Both the position numbers and the translations under genes were made by a program. A DNA stretch of 64,000 bases from Bacteroidetes bacterium GWF2_38_335. Lineage in GTDB: Bacteria; Bacteroidota; Bacteroidia; Bacteroidales; GWF2-38-335. The notes under the pieces were generated by a model. It saw nothing but the letters and a program-made list of their open reading frames with translations. It searched no databases and had not been told where the DNA came from. The DNA lies in contig MEOH01000010.1 of NCBI GenBank assembly GCA_001769535.1, forward strand, positions 128,414 to 192,413, given 5' to 3'. Below, one piece after another: positions 53,953 through 60,688 of the stretch (its first letter is position 1; each line of letters begins with the position of its first letter).

Positions 53953-54249
53953 TTAAAACTCATGGTCACTCCTATTGTCAAAAAAGGCCACAATTTCAAT
54001 AGTATCTTTTGAGAATTGATAAATTAATGAAGTCTGGGTAGTAATTACACACCGTCTTAAATGCTTTTCATGTTTTGATGGCGGACAGAGATTTTTTTGA
54101 GTTTTTAGCAGATTCAACAGACTTTCAACCTTTTCTTCAAAATCAGATGCCTCTTTTACTGTCCAATTTTCTAATATAAACGAAATTGTTTCAAGGTAGG
54201 TAAGTTCTGCAATTGGAGACCAGATAATCTGATAAACTATTTTTCTCAT
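53953..54249 (-). CDS. RelE/ParE-family type II toxin
   Basis: ORF track, 98 aa. Size, operon position and the C-terminus IEIVAFFDNRSDHEF fit plasmid-stabilisation RelE/ParE-type toxins of Bacteroidota. Its ATG shares one nt with the upstream stop (TAATG). Confidence 0.65.
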   Translation of the reverse strand: MRKIVYQIIWSPIAELTYLETISFILENWTVKEASDFEEKVESLLNLLKTQKNLCPPSKHEKHLRRCVITTQTSLIYQFSKDTIEIVAFFDNRSDHEF

Positions 54250-54491
54250 TACCTGCCTAATAATTTTGCAACCTTCTTTTTAACTTCAGTATGAGGAATT
54301 CCTTTACCCTCACGAAGTTCTTTTAATCCTTGCTTCACTGTTCTTTTCTCAGACTCTGAAATCATTTCCCACCAGTCAGTTTTCTGAGTTTTTAAAACAG
54401 CAAAATATGCCTGCACTTTCTGAAGAATATCCATATCTTCAGTCTCGACAATAAGTTTATGTAAGTGACTTTTTAATTCTGCTGTACTCAT
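54249..54491 (-). CDS. Cognate antitoxin candidate (small helical addiction-module component)
   Basis: ORF track, 80 aa. Immediately upstream of, and overlapping, the toxin gene. MSTAELKSHLHKLIVETEDMDILQKVQAYF. Confidence 0.6.
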   Translation of the reverse strand: MSTAELKSHLHKLIVETEDMDILQKVQAYFAVLKTQKTDWWEMISESEKRTVKQGLKELREGKGIPHTEVKKKVAKLLGR

Positions 54492-54862
54492 AATATTTTG
54501 TACTCAGTTGGTTTAAAGAAATTCATTTACACAAAAATACAAAAAAAATGAATCTGACAGAAAAAACTCAATAAACAAAATTAATGTTAGTAAATTTCGT
54601 ATCTGGTGGCCACTAAATTCCCCGCCACCACTGGAAAAACCACTGTAGCGACAACCAACTTTAAAACATATAGAAACTGCCTGAAAAATGCTTTTGCATA
54701 CCACAAAATTCCTTATCTTTGATATCAAACAAAAAAAGCATGTCATTTTTCGAACCCACATACTCTGAAACCATTGAAAATACTCGAAAATTTGCGAGAG
54801 GGTACGGATTCGGCTTCCAAGTCTTCAACACTCAAAAATTATCATTTTAACAAACAAGTTTT

Positions 54863-56959
54863 TTATTTGTTTCTGTACACCTCAGGCACTTCAACCCTGC
54901 TTACTTTCACTCTGTTGTCGGAATAGGGCAGGATCATGATTTCAACACGACGATTGTATTTGCGGCTTTCGGCTGTTGTGTTTGACGCAACAGGCTCGGT
55001 TCCGCCTTTCCCGGTTGAGAGGATGCGATTGGGGTCAATACCTCGTTTTACCAACTCTGTTTTAACAAATCCGGCCCTTTTGCGGCTCAGTTGCAGGTTG
55101 TAAGTCTTGCTGCCGAAATCATCAGTGAAGCCGGTGAGTGACACGGTAATATCGCTATAGGTTTGCATGGCTTTTGCCAGGGAATCAATCATGGGTGCGT
55201 AATTCAATGCTGTGGCTTCGTCAAACTCAAATAACATATCGCGAATGGCAAAATCGAATGTTTTTCCTGAAATACCATCCGGATTTATATCCGATGAATC
55301 AATATGTTCACTAACAAGTGCTCCGGTTGATACCAGTGCAAGGGAAAGCTCTTTTTCGTTTTTGCCAAATATAAGTGGTAAAAACAACCTGTCCTGATGG
55401 GTTTCAAACTGATCACTTTTTAAAGTCAGCCAATGCTCGCCTCCCGGAATCCTTAAGTCAATGGCCGAGTTTATTACCGGCAGGTCAATAATTTTCGAAG
55501 GCTTCCCCGGCAGTGAATCACTCACAGTTACCAAACCTGTTACATCATTTTCTCCGGCTTTCAGATTCATTTTAACGGCATATTGTGAGGGAAAGTCGTA
55601 TTCAGGTGACTCGCCAATATACAACAGGCTCATGTCATTATTATTGTCGTGCAAATCATTGCGGTTCATGGGTGCAACCACCAACCCGTCTTCTGTTTCA
55701 ACCATATAAACCAAATCGTTTCCCGAAGTATTGTAAGGAAAACCAACATTCATGGGCTTATCCCAGCTGCCGTTTTTTAAAGTTGAACAAAAAACATCAT
55801 GTCCGCCCATTGTATAATGTCCTTGTGAACAAAATACCAAAAGGGAATCGTTTTTCAGCAGGAACGGAGTTTCCTCGTCGTAAGGGGTGTTGATGACCGG
55901 ACCAAGATTAACTGCTTTACTCCATCGGCCTTTTTCATCAAGTGTTGAGGTGTAGATATCCAATCCGCCATATCCTCCTTTTCGTTCAGAGGTAAAATAT
56001 AAAGTACTTCCGTCCATCGACATAGATGCGTGTGTTTCCCATGATTTGGAATTGATCTTTACAGGCATTTTTTTAATCTTCGACCAGATTTCACCCTGTC
56101 GATAGCTGACAAAAAGATTTCCATTATCATTATTATCCATTACCAGAAAAAGCATTGTTCCGTCGTGATTCATCCCAACCGGCATGGCAGGTTTCTTAAT
56201 ACCAAGTTCCGACATGATGCTGACCGGTTCAGACCATACATCATTAACCCTTTGTGAAAAGAAAATCTCATCAGTACCTGATTCTTCGGTGCTTTCCATG
56301 ACACAAATATCAGGCGGAAAAATATTCAGCATCCCCTGGGCAAATACGAAATATTTTCGGTCGCCCGACAGAACAGGACAAGACTGAACCCAATCGGTTC
56401 GTGCATTTTTCACGCCCAGTTGATAGGAAATCATTTTTTTGGGATACTGCACCAGTTCAAGTGCGCGGGCACAAGCTTCCTTTTCGCGTTGAGCCACTTC
56501 AATCCATGCTTTATCATATTTCGGTGCAAGCTTTTGATACCGGTCATAACAAATTATAGCAGAATCAAAGCGGTTTTCGAGACGGTAAACCTCTCCGAGC
56601 ATTAGCCAGGCAGTAACCGGAGCAAGTTTTTCGGAACTGTTGTTGTATTTGTATTTCCTGCTCGAATTGTTTGCCGCGTAGGTCAGGTATGAAACAGCTC
56701 TCAGCCTGTCTTCACTGGTGTTGTGAAGAATATAGGCTACACCGATTTTGAAATTCAGATTGGCATTTTCCGTATCGTTTTTGTATGCCGAAAGAAATGA
56801 AGAAACAGCAGCAGGATACTCGGCATTATCAAAATAGAAGTTACCACTCTTCAATTCTTCAGCCAGTCCTGTTGAATTCTGTGCGTAACTGTTGCCCGAA
56901 AAAAAACCGGCAAACAATAACACAACAGAAGCTCTGAAAATGAAATTTGCCTTGTCCAT
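54863..56959 (-). CDS. OmpA-family envelope protein with N-terminal TPR and PD40/TolB-like beta-propeller repeats
   Basis: ORF track, 698 aa. Signal peptide. C-terminal OmpA_C TGFTDDFGSKTYNLQLSRKRAGFVKTELVKRGI...NRRVEI. Confidence 0.85.
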   Translation of the reverse strand: MDKANFIFRASVVLLFAGFFSGNSYAQNSTGLAEELKSGNFYFDNAEYPAAVSSFLSAYKNDTENANLNFKIGVAYILHNTSEDRLRAVSYLTYAANNSSRKYKYNNSSEKLAPVTAWLMLGEVYRLENRFDSAIICYDRYQKLAPKYDKAWIEVAQREKEACARALELVQYPKKMISYQLGVKNARTDWVQSCPVLSGDRKYFVFAQGMLNIFPPDICVMESTEESGTDEIFFSQRVNDVWSEPVSIMSELGIKKPAMPVGMNHDGTMLFLVMDNNDNGNLFVSYRQGEIWSKIKKMPVKINSKSWETHASMSMDGSTLYFTSERKGGYGGLDIYTSTLDEKGRWSKAVNLGPVINTPYDEETPFLLKNDSLLVFCSQGHYTMGGHDVFCSTLKNGSWDKPMNVGFPYNTSGNDLVYMVETEDGLVVAPMNRNDLHDNNNDMSLLYIGESPEYDFPSQYAVKMNLKAGENDVTGLVTVSDSLPGKPSKIIDLPVINSAIDLRIPGGEHWLTLKSDQFETHQDRLFLPLIFGKNEKELSLALVSTGALVSEHIDSSDINPDGISGKTFDFAIRDMLFEFDEATALNYAPMIDSLAKAMQTYSDITVSLTGFTDDFGSKTYNLQLSRKRAGFVKTELVKRGIDPNRILSTGKGGTEPVASNTTAESRKYNRRVEIMILPYSDNRVKVSRVEVPEVYRNK

Positions 56960-57128
56960 AACCTTATTTTTTTCATTTATACGTAAATATACCTGTTTTG
57001 TTTTGATTAATAAGTAATTATACTAAATTTTTTAGGTAATTTCCGCAATTAACCGGCTTCATTTGATAAAATGACATATTAATATGTAAAGAGGATTAGC
57101 CAACCATGTAAATTTGCAAAAAAAAGAT

Positions 57129-57767
57129 ATGGGTGATTATAAAAAAATAGTAGCTATTTTTCTCATCTTGATTTCCTTTCAGGCATCAGCCCAGTTTAAT
57201 TTTGGAATGAGAGGGGGATTGAATGCAAATAAATATATTCTGGAAAATGACCTAACGGTTAGTGAAAATGCCAGATTCGGCTTTGCCGGCGGTATGTTTT
57301 TCAGGGTACAATCGAAGTTTTTCACCTTTCAACCCGAAGTGATGTTTTCACAGAAAAACGGGCAGTATAGCTATGCCGACTTTGCCGACGGAGTAGATAC
57401 TTTATTTAAAAACAACTTTAATTTTGTGGATATACCCTTTCAGTTTGGTGTAACCATAGGAAAAACCGTCCGTTTGAATACCGGTCCGGTTTTCAACCTG
57501 CTGCTAAAAGAAAAGGTGAATTACACGATTTATAACTCGTCTGATCCCGGCGAAGTAATCGATGATGTGTCGAATACAATTAATGTGGCATGGCAGTTTG
57601 GGGTAGGAATAGAGATCAAGGCTTTTGTATTTGATGTGCATTATGAATACAGTCTGAACAAAGTAATGCACACTTTTCAGGTACCGGGCACACCAATCAG
57701 ACTAAACCCCGAAGGCAGGAACAGTTTGTGGCAATTTACGGTAGGGTTTAAGTTTTTGAAGGATTAA
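57129..57767 (+). CDS. Outer-membrane beta-barrel protein (porin-family-like)
   Basis: ORF track frame (TTG 57114) trimmed to the internal Met (MGDYKKIVAIFLILISFQASAQ). C-terminus WQFTVGFKFLKD. The coordinate is derived from the track frame. Confidence 0.65.
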   Translation: MGDYKKIVAIFLILISFQASAQFNFGMRGGLNANKYILENDLTVSENARFGFAGGMFFRVQSKFFTFQPEVMFSQKNGQYSYADFADGVDTLFKNNFNFVDIPFQFGVTIGKTVRLNTGPVFNLLLKEKVNYTIYNSSDPGEVIDDVSNTINVAWQFGVGIEIKAFVFDVHYEYSLNKVMHTFQVPGTPIRLNPEGRNSLWQFTVGFKFLKD

Positions 57768-57880
57768 ACAGATAAATTTCTGAAAAAGCAGATACCTCAA
57801 TTTTTCAAAGACAATAGTGATAATTAATTTAAATTTACTACTTTTGAAACCAACTTTTTATTAACCTAAACAAACAAAAC

Positions 57881-58048
57881 ATGGGAAAAGGTGATATAAA
57901 ATCAAAAAGAGGTAAGATCGTTAATGGATCTTACGGTGTAAGAAGGAGAAAAAAAGCAATCGCAAAAGCCGTTGTTGCAAAACCGGTTGAAGCTGAAACA
58001 GCTGAGGTTGCTGAAAAGCCCGCCAAAACAAGAAAAAAAGCTAAATAA
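57881..58048 (+). CDS. 30S ribosomal protein bTHX
   Basis: Own translation: MGKGDIKSKRGKIVNGSYGVRRRKKAIAKAVVAKPVEAETAEVAEKPAKTRKKAK* (55 aa, below the track cut-off). The MGKGD..(K/R)RGK...GSYG.RR N-terminus is the bTHX signature. A terminator follows. Confidence 0.8.
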   Translation: MGKGDIKSKRGKIVNGSYGVRRRKKAIAKAVVAKPVEAETAEVAEKPAKTRKKAK

Positions 58049-58050
58049 AA

Positions 58051-58075
58051 AAAGGGATTTGATCCCTTTTTTTTA
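58051..58075 (+). terminator. Rho-independent terminator of the bTHX gene
   Basis: AAAGGGAT-TTG-ATCCCTTT followed by a T run, directly after the stop codon. Confidence 0.8.
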
Positions 58076-58251
58076 TTTTCAAAAAAACCTTTACCTGATT
58101 AATTTGATGCTTAATTTATTTTGAGCCTGTTTCCTCATTGCAACTTGCAAAATTCAGAATTTCCCCAAAACATTTACTATTTTTAAAGTGATTATGAAAT
58201 AATTTCATATTTTTTTCATTAATTTGAAGAAAAATTAAAACATTTTTAACC

Positions 58252-58716
58252 ATGGATTCAAAGCTGAACATTGATAAAACAGACATTCAGATTTTGCAAA
58301 TCATTCAGGAAGATTCAAAAATTGCCTATAAGGATATTGCACAAAAACTGGACATTTCCCTTGGTACTGTCCATGTCAGGATTAAAAAACTCGAGTCCAT
58401 GAATGTGATCAAAGATTTCACCGTTAACCTTGACTATTTCCAGTTGGGATACGAACTGATGGCTTTTATCGGGTTGATCATCAACGGTAAACAGGCTGAT
58501 AATGTAATCAAGGCACTCGAAAAAGTTCCCGAAATTGCTGAACTTCATCATACCACTGGTGGTTATCATATGCTGGCTAAGATTATCTGCAAAAACACCC
58601 ATGTTTTAAGGAATATCATTATCCATAAGATCAATTCCATTGAAGGCATCGAAAAAACCGAGACGATTGTTTCGTTGGCTGAGTTATTCCACAGAAAGAT
58701 TCAGATTGAGGAGTAA
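58252..58716 (+). CDS. Lrp/AsnC-family transcriptional regulator
   Basis: ORF track, 154 aa. N-terminal HTH DKTDIQILQIIQEDSKIAYKDIAQKLDISLGTVHVRIKKLE and a C-terminal RAM-like domain. Confidence 0.85.
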   Translation: MDSKLNIDKTDIQILQIIQEDSKIAYKDIAQKLDISLGTVHVRIKKLESMNVIKDFTVNLDYFQLGYELMAFIGLIINGKQADNVIKALEKVPEIAELHHTTGGYHMLAKIICKNTHVLRNIIIHKINSIEGIEKTETIVSLAELFHRKIQIEE

Positions 58717-58727
58717 ACGCGGGTTGA

Positions 58728-59390
58728 TAGACTTTCGACTTGATGGACTTTAATAATCTTACCTTCTGATTAATTTCATCATTCATTTCCGCCGGAAAAG
58801 TATTTTTGGTTTTTATAACATTTTGGCCGGCGGTTTGTCTATTCTAACCTTTAAACCCCGGCTTGAAAGCCGGGGCTGAATTGAGCCGGCCTTACAGGCC
58901 TGGATTGCGGAAGAATAAGCTTTAACGACTTTATAGACTTTTGACTTGATGGACTTTAATAATCTTACCTTCTGATTAATTTCATCATTCATTTCCGCCG
59001 GAAAAGTATTTTTGGTTTTTATAACATTTTGGCCGGCGGTTTGTCTATTCTAACCTTTAAACCCCGGCTTGAAAGCCGGGGCTGAATTGAGCCGGCCTTA
59101 CAGGCCTGGATTGCGGAAGAATAAGCTTTAACGACTTTATAGACTTTTGACTTGATGGACTTTAATAATCTTACCTTCTGATTAATTTCATCATTCATTT
59201 CCGCCGGAAAAGTATTTTTGGTTTTTATAACATTTTGGCCGGCGGTTTATCTATTCTAACCTTTAAACCCCGGCTTGAAAGCTGGGGCTGAATTGAGCCG
59301 GCCTTACAGGCCTGGATTGCGGAAGAATAAGCTTTAACGACTTTATAGACTTTTGACTTGATGGACTTTCGACTATACAGACTTTCCAAC
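58728..59390. repeat. Three near-identical tandem 206-bp units of the GC-rich hairpin/GACTTT element
   Basis: GGACTTTAAT recurs at 58745, 58951 and 59157 (period 206). I found only two substitutions among the units. No ORF of 60 aa or more on either strand in the track. Confidence 0.92.
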
Positions 59391-59446
59391 TAATTTTGAT
59401 ATTCGGCAATCAATCTTTAACTTCGTGGTTTAATAAATAATTGGAT

Positions 59447-60688
59447 ATGACATTACTGATAAAAAATATAAAGCAGTTGATACAAACTGAGGATAAACCT
59501 GTTAAGTGGAAAGCTGGCAAATCAATGTCAGAACTGAATATAGTTGAAAATGCTTATTTGGAAATTGCAGGTGATAAGATTGCAGATTTTGGATCAATGA
59601 AAAACTGTCCGAAAAAAGCCAATGAGGTCATTGATGCTTCAGGAAAACTTGTGTTGCCTTCTTTTTGTGACTCTCACACGCACTTAGTGTATGCCGGGAG
59701 CAGGGAAATTGAATATGTTGATAAAATAAAAGGTTTGTCTTATGAAGAGATTGCAAAAAGGGGCGGCGGAATTCTGAATTCGGCAAAACTGCTGAGGGAT
59801 ACTTCTGAGGATTGTCTTTTTGAACAAGCAATGGCCAGAATAAATGAAATTATTTCTATGGGTACCGGAGCAGTGGAAATTAAAAGTGGATATGGTCTTG
59901 ATACTGAAAGTGAACTGAAAATGTTGAGGGTAATTAAGCGAATAAAAGAAGCCGCACCGGTTACCGTGAAAGCCACTTTCCTTGGAGCACATTCTGTTCC
60001 CGCCGAATACCGTGGAAATCAAACTGAGTATGTTGATAAGGTAATATATGAGATGTTGCCTCAAGTGGCAGCTGAAAACCTGGCCGATTATATTGATGTT
60101 TTTTGCGACAAGGGTTTTTTTACCGTTGAGGAAACCGACAGAATTTTGATTGCCGGTATGAAATATGGATTGCGTCCAAAAATTCACGCAAACGAGTTGG
60201 CCAATTCAGGAGGAATACAAGTTGGGGTTAAATACAATGCTTTGTCGGTTGATCATCTTGAATATACCGGTGATGATGAAATCATAGCACTTCTTAAATC
60301 AGAAACCATGCCTACTTTATTGCCGGGGGCTGCTTTTTTTCTGGGCATGATCGACCCTCCCGTCAGGAAAATGATCAATGCCGGATTGCCTGTTTGTCTG
60401 GCATCAGATTTTAATCCGGGCTCATCGCCTTCCGGAAACATGAAACTGATAATGTCTTTTGGATGCGTGAAGCTAAGAATGTTGCCCGAAGAAGTAATCA
60501 ATGCCACCACAATAAACGGAGCATACGCCATGGGAATAGAAGATACACATGGGAGCATTGCAAAGGGGAAAGTGGCCAATGTTTATATTACCAAACCGGT
60601 TTCGGGGTATGAATTTCTGCCTTATGCATACGGCAGCAGCCTTGTAGATACAGTAATATTAAACGGGAAGATAGTAAGTAAATACTAA
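59447..60688 (+). CDS. hutI: Imidazolonepropionase HutI (amidohydrolase superfamily)
   Basis: ORF track, 415 aa from TTG 59441; ATG at 59447 (MTLLIKNIKQL). Metal-ligand context FCDSHTHLVYAGSRE. KIHANELANSGG. LASDFNPGSSP. Confidence 0.85.
   Translation: MTLLIKNIKQLIQTEDKPVKWKAGKSMSELNIVENAYLEIAGDKIADFGSMKNCPKKANEVIDASGKLVLPSFCDSHTHLVYAGSREIEYVDKIKGLSYEEIAKRGGGILNSAKLLRDTSEDCLFEQAMARINEIISMGTGAVEIKSGYGLDTESELKMLRVIKRIKEAAPVTVKATFLGAHSVPAEYRGNQTEYVDKVIYEMLPQVAAENLADYIDVFCDKGFFTVEETDRILIAGMKYGLRPKIHANELANSGGIQVGVKYNALSVDHLEYTGDDEIIALLKSETMPTLLPGAAFFLGMIDPPVRKMINAGLPVCLASDFNPGSSPSGNMKLIMSFGCVKLRMLPEEVINATTINGAYAMGIEDTHGSIAKGKVANVYITKPVSGYEFLPYAYGSSLVDTVILNGKIVSKY

Noticed and set aside
54735-54790. 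tRNA fragment or att site suggested by GGGTTCGAA (minus strand), next to the accessory islet.
   Set aside because: There is no complementary T-stem partner, no acceptor stem and no CCA context. It is an isolated T-loop-like heptamer, so it is not a tRNA or a recognisable tRNA 3' remnant.
58728-59390. Possible CRISPR array, because of regularly spaced GC-rich palindromes.
   Set aside because: The whole 206-bp period is repeated nearly identically, so there are no unique spacers. The repeat is far longer than CRISPR repeats. No cas genes are in the window.
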